DNA of 64,000 nucleotides from contig OZ024749.1 in NCBI GenBank assembly GCA_964016885.1, positions 17,608,001-17,672,000 on the forward strand, in the 5' to 3' direction. Origin of the DNA: Eledone cirrhosa (lineage: Eukaryota). The stretch's first letter is position 1, and each line of letters opens with the position of its first letter. A model generated the notes under the pieces. That model worked only from the letters and a program-made list of their open reading frames with translations, was not told the DNA's origin and did not search any database. Shown here in pieces: positions 49,959 through 61,900 of the stretch. Both the position numbers and the translations under genes were made by a program.

Positions 49959-50143
49959 GGGCGGTGGATTGGCAGTATCGGTAGAGGGTCGGACGCCATG
50001 CTTTCCAGCATAGTTACGTCCCTTTACGATCTGAGTTCAAATCCCGCCGAGGTTGACTTTGCCTTTCATCCTTACGGGGTCGATAAAATAAAGTACCAGT
50101 AATGCACTGGGTAATTGCTGGCCATGTGCCTAAAGCAGAAACA
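49959..50143 (+). mobile_element. Full-length Meta-type SINE with 19-bp TSD inside the PLE 3' pLTR
   Basis: TSD attatctttcacttatcat at 49938-49956 and 50144-50162; A and B boxes present. Confidence 0.92.
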
Positions 50144-50476
50144 ATTATCTTTCACTTATCATAAAATTCTCTAAAAAGGCTACAGAATGGATTTCCAAAT
50201 AAGGGTACGAAAATTGAATGGAAACTTGTTCACGTGACAGCCATAATTTCATTTATAACCAACCAAAAAAAAGCCTTCGTGAGCCCCTTTATTTTATCGA
50301 CCCCATAAAGATGAAAAGCAAAGTTAACCTGGGCAGGATTTGAACTCAGACCGTAAAGGGGCGTGACTCCGTGGTTCAAAACATGGCGTCCGACCCTCTA
50401 CTCATACTGGTAATCCACCTAATGGGAGACGGACAGACACTATACTCCTGTCTGAGCTGTGACTCAACCCCTCCCT

Positions 50477-52416
50477 CGCCTGACCGAAAAGTTGTTAGTT
50501 TTATAGGGTTCTGACCGGAAGTTACAGAAAGGGTTCTACTTCCTGTCTAGATGGTGTTAATCTATTGGGGTTGTGAGTGTCACAACAAGGGAGGCAACCT
50601 CCTGCTACATAACCTCCCGCCAGAATTTTAAAATATAAAAATCGAATGAAATATGTAGCAAGTTGGCGAGAATGTTGTAACAGGCATGAAAATTACGACA
50701 AAAGAATGTTTGCAAAAATCAATGATAGATATCAAGGTAGCGAACCGCTCTTGGCCAGAGAACGACTGGACATCTATCTATCCATCACCCAAAGATACAA
50801 TGTAATAAAGTAAGAGAAGAGCTCAAAGTTCAAATGTACAAAATATAGTTCACAGGTGGGCAATCACATGACAGCAGGAAAGAAAGTGTGTTCCAGAGAA
50901 TGAATCCAGGTGGTTTCTGTTCTGTGGTATATCGTGAAATTTCCAACCTCCGAATGGATTTTCTCACAGGAAGAGTGCTGCAAAAATAAATTCTCTGGCT
51001 TGTTCTGCTGGTTTTGGTTGTTGGTGAAGCTGTGTTGCTGTTGATGTTGTTGTCTCGCGGAGTGATCGTATTCGGTGTTTAAATTCACAGTAAAAAAAAT
51101 AATTTTTTTTCAGAAAAAATGAGTTGCGCAAAGTGCTAGAAATAACAGCCGAAGTTGATGGTCGATGTTGAGAATGCGTTGACCTGGAAGAGTCAAGAGG
51201 CCAGCGACCAAAGAAATAAGCATTCTGAATAAATGCGCAGTTTTCAACGGCACATTTACGTGGTAAATTTTTAAACCGGCAAATAGGAGAATATAGCTTA
51301 AGACTGAAGAATCCTTGGCGAGAAACGTTATCTCTGGCTATCTCTGTGAGTCGAGAATTTGTGCTGCCTACACGTGCCAATACAAGGTTAAGTTAGGTTG
51401 AAAAAATAATATTTCTAATGCGCGAGAAAATGATAGTGCAACGGGTCGTTGGCAGCCATTTTGAAAAAAAATGTGTGTGTGAAAGTGACAATAATGAAAA
51501 AGAAAGGCTTCACTTAGCATAATTATTGGTGTGAACTTTTGAAAAAAAAAAAAAAAAACTTGAACGATGAAGAAAACGATGAAAAAAAAGGCAATGGTTC
51601 ATCGAAAATAAATGTTCCTGTTGAAATGTTTTTTAAAAAAAAATAGCAAATTTCTTTTTTTTTTTGTTTTGAAAGTATTCGTTGTAAGAAACGAGAAACA
51701 TATATATATATCGTGAAATGCGACAGTTAGTTGATGCGTGAGAGAAAACGTCTGTCTGAACGCGAATTTCACATGTGCGTGGTGTGTTCGTTTCTTGGAG
51801 AAACATATATATATATACAGCAAACTGCGACAGTTAGTGGATGCGTGAGGGAAAAAGAGTGTCTGCACGAAAGTTTCACATGTGCGTGTGTGCGTTTCTT
51901 TGACTGAGTATTTTCATAGTTTGTCAATAAATTTGCTGTATATTCGTAATGTTACTCACACAACACCAGATTCTGCTATTTTTTTCTTTTTTCGGGTTGA
52001 CCACTTATAACAATGAACGGCTGCGTGTTCGTATCACGTCAGGGTTACCAATATAGCGTGTATGAATGTAACAAGGAGACATGGTTTGTGTGTATAATAT
52101 TTAATTAACAATCATGGATATATATAGAACAGTATAGTTGTCATGTCAAAGAAATAAATGAAAGAATGAAGCAAAGTTATTAGTTACCGTTTGATTGCCA
52201 AATGAACGTGGCTGGCAGAAGACGCCTGGGGTAGGACTCCTGGCGAAAGCCAGGCGGCGCCTGACCGAAAAGGCGAATGAGAGAGTGAGAACTTAAAGTT
52301 GTTAGTTTTATAGGGTTCTAATCGGAAGTTACAGAAAGGGTTCTACTTCCTGTCTAGATGGTGTTAATCTATTGGGGTTGTGAGTGTCACAACAAGGGAG
52401 GCAACCTCCTGCTACA
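50477..52416 (-). mobile_element. Duplicate of the non-autonomous LTR element, retaining the LTR end/PBS junction
   Basis: 5' LTR 52052-52416; PBS ..ATCACGTCAGGGTTACCA ends at 52050; 3' LTR truncated. Confidence 0.9.
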
Positions 52417-53558
52417 GTGGCTTTATCCGAGACAAGGTTAGCTAACCTGCCCCTGGTAAGCAGTACAGTGAACCAAATAAGTACGGTAAACGACTTGGAG
52501 TAGTTGATCAGTTTGTCTACCTGGGAAGCACTGTCAATCGATACAGCAAGGATTCTAGAATACCGAAACAACTCTTTTATGGAGAGTTAGTTAAAGGAAA
52601 ACGACCTCCACATAAACCAAAAAAGAGGTATAAGGATTCGTTAAAAGCCTCTTTGAAAGACGCTAACATCTCTGCTAATGCATGGAAAAGCCTAGCTGCT
52701 GATTGTAATAAATGGAGAAAGACTGTACATGAGGTGAAAGTTGCTTTTGAAGCATCTCGAATCGCATACGAGAAAGTAAAAAGGGATGAGAGGAAGGGTA
52801 TTGCTGTTGCATTTCCTGACAGCAAAGGTCCTCCTATGGTGCTGACATGCAGTGTCTGTGCGAGACTTTGCCTCAGCAAAGCTGGACTCGAAAGTCATCT
52901 ACGCAGTTATAAAGTAAAACCAGTTGTTGACTACCAGGCTGCTGTTGGAGATGCTACTCATCATGCCTGTCAAACAAGAGGGCTCAAACGACATGCAAAA
53001 GTACATGAAATTCAAGCACAGCCAACTATTGCCAGTTAACATTTTGGTTGCCAGCTCTGTGCAAGACATTTTAGATCATTGGCCATATTCGATCGCAACA
53101 CTGTTAATTGTTGTGTGTGTATGTGTATGTGTGAGTATAAATATATATATATATATTTTTTTTTTTCTTGCAATGGCCATACTCGATAACGAGGTGGCAG
53201 CCATCATATGTGCCTGTGTACATATATAGCAATAATTTGAGGGTTGTGTTGGTAGTTGATCGTGTTATAGTGTTGGTTCATTTGTTGCTGGTTCATTTCA
53301 ACGTAATATGAAATAATCACCATAAAAGATAAAATTAGATGAGGTTTAAATTGTAACAATGGAGGTAATATAAATGGTAATATTTCACTGTCTAGTTGAC
53401 ACCGCTGACATGACTTAAAACTCCCCTACATAATTTAATACATTCAGAAACAACTTCAGTTATATTAATTCACACCTTCAATCCAATTTTCGTTAAACTC
53501 CATCTGATGCTGCTACTCGGCTTCTTGAGCTGTACTGATTGGAGACACGTGAAATGAA

Positions 53559-53604
<46 letters not shown>

Positions 53605-53987
53605 CATTTCACGCGTCTCCAATCAGTTCAGCTGAAAATGATATATATATTAGCAGAAATATATGATTGAGAAAACAAAGCTCTTAAATTTTATTCTTTA
53701 CACCATATTTCATCTGAAAGGGTAACATTCGTTTTCTGATGGAAGGAATTAAATAAGATTTATATACCTCCGTAGAAGGTATATATATATAATAATTATT
53801 ATTGTTTATTCTTCAACCTTTAAATGTAAACATACCGTTAGTCCCTCGGCCCACTAAAGACCCATTAATAAGTGTAAATAGATATCGAGACCTCTATTAA
53901 CAGTTTAAATCTGCCTTTGAACCTTTATATTCACATATCTGATGAGATGTCAAATAAAGCGTCGGGTCCAGTCATCTTGATTGTACC

Positions 53988-56822
53988 TGTAGCAGGAGTT
54001 GCCTCCCTTGTTGTGACACTCACATCACCAATAGATTAATGCTCTCTAGATAGGAAGTAGAACCCTTTCTGTAACTTCCGGCAGAACCCTATAAAGGGAA
54101 TAACTTTAAGCTCCCTACCTCTCATTTGCCTTTTCGCCCAGCCGTCTTCGGCCAGGCGCGTTCGCCTGGCAACCAAAACGGTAACTAATAACTTTGCTTC
54201 ATTCTCTCATCTATTCATTGACATGTCAACTATACTGTTCTATATATCCACAAATTGTTGATTAAATATTATACACACAAACCACGTCTCTTGTTATACT
54301 TATTTTGTTATACTAAGTGAAGCCTTTCTTTCTTTTTCATCATTGTCACTTTCACACACACATTTTTTTGAAAAAGGCTGCCAACGACCTGTTGCACTAT
54401 CCTTTTCGCGCCATTTTCTCGTGCAATAGAAATCTTTTTTTGTCAACATAACCTTGTTTTGGCACGTGTAGGCGGCAGAATTCTCGACTCACGGAGATAA
54501 CCACACGCCATGAGATAACGTTTCTCGCCAAGGATTCTCCAGCCTTAAGCTATATTCTCCTATTTGCCGGTTTAAAAATTTACCACGTAAATTTGCCGTT
54601 GAAAACTGCGCATTTATTCAGAATGCTTATTTCTTTGGTCGCTGGCCTCTGGACCCTTCCAGGTCAATGCATTCTCAACATCGACCATCAACTTCGGCTG
54701 TTATTTCTAGCACTTGGCAGAACTCATTTTTTCTGAAAATTTTGTTTACTGTGAATTTAAACATTGAATACGCTCACCCCGCGAGACAACAACATCAACA
54801 GCAACACAGCTTCATCACCAACCAAAACCAGCAGAACAAGCCAGAGAATTAATTTTTGCAGCACTCTTCCTGCGAGAAAATCCATTCGGAGGTTGGAAAT
54901 TTCACGTTATACCACAGAACAGAAACCACCTGCATTCATTCTCTGGAACACACTTTCTTTCCTGCTGTCATGTGATTGCACACCTGTGAACTGTATTTTG
55001 AACATTTGAACTTTGAGCTTTTCTCTTACTTTGATTACATTGTATCTTTGGGTGATGGATGGATAGATGTCCAGTCGTTCTCTGGCCAAGAGCGGTTGGC
55101 TACCTTGATATCTATAATTTATTATTGCAAACATTAGTTTTTTCGTAATTTTCATGCCTGTTACAACATTCTCGCCAACTTACTACATACATATTTCATT
55201 CGATTTTTATATTCTAAAATTCTGGCGGGAGGTTATGTAGCAGGAGGTTGCCTCCCTTTTTGTGACACTCACATCACCAATAGATTAACGCTCTCTAGAT
55301 AGGAAGTAGAACCCTTTCTGTAACTTCCGGCAGAACCCTATAAAGGGAATAACTTTAAGCTCCCTACCTCTCATTTGCCTTTTCGCCCAGCCGTCTTCGG
55401 CCAGGCGCGTTCGCCTGGCAACCAAAACGGTAACTAATAACTTTGCTTCATTCTCTCATCTATTCATTGACATGTCAACTATACTGTTCTATATATCCAC
55501 AAATTGTTGATTAAATATTATACACACAAACCACGTCTCTTGTTATACTTATTTTGTTATACTAAGTGAAGCCTTTCTTTCTTTTTCATCATTGTCACTT
55601 TCACACACACATTTTTTTGAAAAAGGCTGCCAACGACCTGTTGCACTATCCTTTTCGCGCCATTTTCTCGTGCAATAGAAATCTTTTTTTGTCAACATAA
55701 CCTTGTTTTGGCACGTGTAGGCGGCAGAATTCTCGACTCACGGAGATAACCACACGCCATGAGATAACGTTTCTCGCCAAGGATTCTCCAGCCTTAAGCT
55801 ATATTCTCCTATTTGCCGGTTTAAAAATTTACCACGTAAATTTGCCGTTGAAAACTGCGCATTTATTCAGAATGCTTATTTCTTTGGTCGCTGGCCTCTG
55901 GACCCTTCCAGGTCAATGCATTCTCAACATCGACCATCAACTTCGGCTGTTATTTCTAGCACTTGGCAGAACTCATTTTTTCTGAAAATTTTGTTTACTG
56001 TGAATTTAAACATTGAATACGCTCACCCCGCGAGACAACAACATCAACAGCAACACAGCTTCATCACCAACCAAAACCAGCAGAACAAGCCAGAGAATTA
56101 ATTTTTGCAGCACTCTTCCTGCGAGAAAATCCATTCGGAGGTTGGAAATTTCACGTTATACCACAGAACAGAAACCACCTGCATTCATTCTCTGGAACAC
56201 ACTTTCTTTCCTGCTGTCATGTGATTGCACACCTGTGAACTGTATTTTGAACATTTGAACTTTGAGCTTTTCTCTTACTTTGATTACATTGTATCTTTGG
56301 GTGATGGATGGATAGATGTCCAGTCGTTCTCTGGCCAAGAGCGGTTGGCTACCTTGATATCTATAATTTATTATTGCAAACATTAGTTTTTTCGTAATTT
56401 TCATGCCTGTTACAACATTCTCGCCAACTTACTACATACATATTTCATTCGATTTTTATATTCTAAAATTCTGGCGGGAGGTTATGTAGCAGGAGGTTGC
56501 CTCCCTTTTTGTGACACTCACATCACCAATAGATTAACGCTCTCTAGATAGGAAGTAGAACCCTTTCTGTAACTTCCGGCAGAACCCTATAAAGGGAATA
56601 ACTTTAAGCTCCCTACCTCTCATTTGCCTTTTCGGCCAGCCGTCTTCGGCCAGGAGCGTTCGCCTGGCAACCAAAACGGTGACTAATAACTTTGCTTCAT
56701 TCTCTCATCTATTCATTGACATGTCAACTATACTGTTCTATATATCCACAAATTGTTGATTAAATATTATACACACAAACCACGTCTCTTGTTATACTTA
56801 TACAACCCAGTATTCTGTTATA
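53988..56822 (+). mobile_element. Tandem LTR-int-LTR-int-LTR structure (1249-bp period)
   Basis: LTR starts at 53988, 55236 and 56485; outer TSD TACC. Confidence 0.93.
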
Positions 56823-57308
56823 TACCCTAACCTGATATCGAAACAATTGTAATATGCCAATAAAGTTTGTACTTATACTGCAACACCGTCTTCGATTATT
56901 TTCAATCTATACTCTGTAAATTACAGCCGTAACCCTGGAATACATCCTAATCGAGACGAACTCCGTAACAGCATTGAGTCCTTCGAACGGCGCGTAACTG
57001 TAGTTTCACACCTAACTATCACATACATACACAGACATTTATTTACATATACACACGTATGGGCAAGCTGCGGCCCGCGAAGCTTTCTGAGTGGCTCGCC
57101 TAAGTCACCTAAGTGAATTCTTTCAGATTTTTTAACCCAAACTTTTCAGCCGTAATTTATCTTTCTATCATTTTTACGATCGAGGAAAACAATGCGTAAG
57201 AATCCTGAATGAACAAATCAAAACAACTTGAGTTACCGCCCCTGTTTTTTTAATGTGGGCACGATGTAAATTAGCGCTTGTTACACGCCTGATAATGAGC
57301 CATATCCC

Positions 57309-58990
57309 TGTGGCGATGGTGTGGGGGTGTGGAAGAGGTCATCGGAAGCTGGGGACGATCGACCGGAGGCGGAAGAGGGAGTGACGTGAGATGCGTACCC
57401 AGGAGCATTCATAGGCCCTGTTTCGGCTGTGACCCGCGACGGACGGACGTGCGAATTGCAAGCTGCAACTTGGCGAACGGATTATACCCACGTGGATGAG
57501 CCTTGCTCGCTGAGTGAGGTTCCAGAATTGCGGTAAGTGCAGTAGCTTTCTCATTACAAGCTATTTCGACTTACAATTGAAAAAAACAAAAAAGGAAGAA
57601 TTTTTTTTTTAAGACAAAGCTGCCGGAAAACAGAGAGAATTCTGTTGTTTGTTACTTACCGCAGGACTAAGGAGATGGCGACGAGATTATGGATGAGCGG
57701 AGAAGTAATTAGAGCTTTTACCGGTGAAGGTGACGTTGTCGCCTGGATACAAAAGGTTCGGCTGGTCGCTGAGCTGCAAAAGATAGACGATGTAGCGGGC
57801 CTCATCGCACTCCATCTCGAAGGCGACGTGCTAGCATTGTACCTCGAGATGGATGACCTCAGCCAGAGAGATGCGCAAAAAATTGAGCGGCGTATGATGG
57901 AAGCGTTCGCGGAAGGACCGCTTACCGCGTTTGCTAAACTGGTAAGGATTAGGTGGAACGGTGAGCGTGTGGATATTTTTGCAGCGGAGATAAGGCGATT
58001 GGCCATGCTGGCTGGGTTTCAGGTGGAATGCGAACATGCGGTGCGGTTGGCGTTCATAAACAGACTTCCGGATGGTATCACGGTGAAACTGCAGAAAATA
58101 CCTGGCTTCAAGGAAATGTAGATGTGGAGGGGAAAGCCATTACGAGCTCTCGTGGACACCGGCTGTACGACGACACTACTGACCTTGGGGGTGGTGCAGA
58201 AGTGGAGAGGGAAGAGTAGCGTAAAGGCAGTCGACGGTAGGAAGATTGAATGTCGAGGTCGCAGCGAGGTGGAGATGGCGGAGCGGGGGCACATCTCACC
58301 AATGGAGGCAGTGTTTTGGTACAACATGACCGCTCGGGTGGGACAGGCTGAGGAATCGGTACCACACAGAGCAATATACAGATACGAGTGGCGGCATCCG
58401 TGCACTGTACCACAACGGCCAGTGGAGAGAGAGAACGCATTCGTACAGGTGGGCGAGAAAGTCTGGGTTAAGCCCCCAGACGCACGTTGCACATCTCAAT
58501 GGGGAAAGGGAACGGTGACGGCTGTAAATTCCCAGAATAACGTGTCCGTGGACGGAATGCCAAGTCATATCCTGGATGTCCGTAGAGTCGTTGTGTTAAC
58601 GGACTCCAGGGAAGAGGAAATCCAAAGCGCCGCCCCGATGTTACGGGGATCGCAATGAGATCGCTGACCGCCTGGATGGACGGCAGATTATCACATGCAG
58701 CAGTGTGAGGGGGAGATTGATCCTTGAGATCAAGGGGACATGTGGGATGGTGTGGTGGTTTGGGGGTGACCGGAAGCTGGGGACGATCGACCGGAGGCGG
58801 AAGAGGAAGTGACGTAAGATGCGTACCCAGGAGCATCCGTGAGCCCTCTTTCGGGTGTGACCCGCGATGGACGGACGTGCGAATTGCGAGCTGCAACTTG
58901 GCGAACGGATTACACCCACGTGGATGAGCCTAGCTCGCTGAGTGAGCAGAATTGCAGAATTGCGGTAAGTGCAGTAGTTTTCTCATTACA
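57309..58990 (+). mobile_element. Duplicate Gypsy element with an extra ~340-bp deletion
   Basis: LTRs 57309-57558 and 58741-58990; zinc knuckles and frameshift site removed at ~58125. Confidence 0.92.
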
Positions 58991-61900
58991 ATCTCAAGCG
59001 GCCCGCTTCTCGAAAAAGGTTGCCCATACTTGGTATATATATATATAGATGCATATATATACGTTGGGTAGCACCTGTGTGTGCGTTTATGTCTCATAAG
59101 ATAGTGTTTCGATTTTGAAAAATGTTCGATAAAGTATTTTAGGAGGTGATCAAATTGTTTGATAAGCAAAGCAACATTTTGATTTCTATTTTAATTTACA
59201 CTCAAGAGGTGCAACACGGAATACTGAGCCAGAAATCCAGAAAACCTGAGTAGTGTCACCTATAACTAGAAATACAGTGAATTACCAGGACTTCCCTGAC
59301 CGTTTCCTTACCGAACCGGTCACTTCCGAGACCGCTAGTATTCTCGGTTATCCTGGACTGTCGTTTTTCTCCATAAAATGCAGGAGAATGAAAGCCCGGT
59401 GAGATAGAGTGAATGGTGTAGCCTGTGTTGCTGGTTGTTTTCTGGAGCAATGCCTTTGCCATGTTTTTTCTGCGAATTACAGCTGAGATACAGTGATCAC
59501 TCTTCGGTCTCAAATAATCGTACCAGCCCTCATGCTTATTAATTTTTCAGATATTTTCCAACACCCCTCTCTTATTCCAATCCAACCGCTTATCAAATTT
59601 TGCTAATTTTTCTCAGGTGAAATTTTATCTTAAGTGGTAGCATTCCTCTGATAATTTTTTTTAGTCATCAAAACCCATTATATGACAAAAAAAAGAACAT
59701 ACGTTATAAATTAAATAGGATGGTTTGGGGTCTCAATATGTAAACTAATCAACTAATTCTTCTGTCTAAAAAATATCAAGGGAGACAACATAGAAAAATT
59801 ACCCCCCCCCCTATTATTTGGGAGCCGAGAGTAAGTGTTTCATTATGATTTATTCAAAGTATATCATTTAAAGAATTAAACATAAAAACAAACATATTCA
59901 ATATAGAAAATCTCACAATACCATGAAAAACCATGGACCTTGTATAAAGATTATTGAACAGTATCAAATTAAAAACAAAACACTATCAGAGGAAACAAAA
60001 AAGGGGGGAATGAAAAGGAATCGAGTAGCGAAAGAAATGGAGTGGGAAAAGAACAGACATTAGACCCCAGTCTGAGCAGTGCCTTAGCCATGCCCCGTGG
60101 TCAAAATGGATAATACATTACCGCGGAGAATGACCAGAGACACCCACTGCACCAACCACCACCACACCTCCGAGGTTCTCTCCTTAACCGGACCGCCGTC
60201 AGTTTCAATTGAAATATAAAATAATTTAAAAGAAGAGAATACAGATATATCTCTGTATTTTAATTGAAACAGATGGTGGCCTGCTTGAGGGGGGATTCCT
60301 GTGAGGTGGTGTGGCTGGTGTAGCAGGTGTCTCTGGCCCTTCTCTGCAGTAATCTATTTTCCATTTTGACCACGGGGCACGGCTGAGCCACCATTCAGAC
60401 CAGAGACTAGAATCTGTCCTCCCCACTCTCCATTTCTTTTTACTTTTCATTTCATCCCCTCCCCCCTTTAGTAGATCGATATAGTTGCACTTACCTAATT
60501 AGATAGATGAATTACTGCTTATCGACGTCTTTCATCAAGTCTTTCATTTTGTTGAGAATACTTTTATTTCCAAGGCGGTGAATTGGCAGAAAATTCCTTG
60601 TGGTATTCCTTCAAGATCTGCGCTCTGTGTTCAAATACCACCGAAGTCAACTTTGATTTTCATCCTATCGAGATCAACAAAATAAAAGTAGCAGTTCAAT
60701 ACTGGGATCGATTCTTCCTCTATATCTCTGTATCACATACACACTCACTCTCTTGTTCCCCGTATCTATCTATCCTTTTCTGGAAGAAATTGTCTGTGAA
60801 ACCAATCCCGTCCAGGGTAGCCTCTCCTTTCATCCTTACGCTGTCTATAAAACAAAGTACTAGTAACGCACTAAGGTAGGTTTATTTTAGTCTATGAACT
60901 TTACAGCCGACCCTCATACCAAGATATTTCTATAGTAAAAATACCAGAAGTGAAAAAATATATATATAGTGCATCACTTCAACGAAAATATATATACACA
61001 TATATGTTTGTGTGTAGAGAGACAGAACTTGGCTACAACCCGATTTCGAGTAATGCCATCGCTTGATACTTAAGTATAAACACCACGGACGTAGCGTTTT
61101 AGTCCTACGAGGGACTTGCCTATGGCCAGGAAGGCCATGCATCGCAAAAATGTCACATATCACGCGATGCCTGTGCTCGAAGCATTTTTAAGTGATGAAA
61201 GGTTTAGCAGGGGTTAAATCCCACTCTCTGAACATCGAATGTATTTAACCAAAACTTACAATTGGTCTACATCATTGGGTGCAAACGAGTCACAAACTTT
61301 ATAACAGTGTGACCTTCTAGAGAGATGTCTTAATGAAGAGCAGGACTGTGATCATTGCAACACCCACTCCACGTTACGGGGCTCCTTCCTCACGTGTGCT
61401 GCTGTCTTTCCAATAGTGTATACATAGCATCTATACAGTATACATATATATGTATAGTATATATAGGTTGAGAGGACCCCTATGTAGTATCAAAGAAATT
61501 ACAAAATCTCTAGTGTTGGTGATCTACACCAGGCATGTAAAAAATGAAATGCGGCCTGCCGCCCTTTACAAGCCCACCTGAGGCCCACACAAATGTTTTT
61601 ATAGCAGGAACATGTTTTAACATTACCTATTGAGTACACTGAGATGCAATCGTTCCTAGCAGTGATACCCTTGCTAGTTCCGTCATATTAATATTATTAT
61701 TATATATATATAAGGGCGGGGGATTGGCAGAATCGGTAGAGAGTCGGGCGCCATGCTTTCTAGCATAGTTACGTCCAGGAGCATGTTTTATCTTCGTAAT
61801 ACAAAGTATAGAAAAATTAGTTGTAATATGCGCAATTGGTTGTCGTGTGCGGCCCTCAGACAACACAAATGTGACCCATATGGTCCTCGGGGTACCCTCA

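Larger units (their letters stand above)
44851..50288 (+). mobile_element. Near full-length Penelope-like element (Neptune-like) with partially tandem pLTRs
   Basis: Repeat units at 44851-45130 and 45160-45430 recur at 49650-50288; RT plus GIY-YIG ORF between them. Confidence 0.92.
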
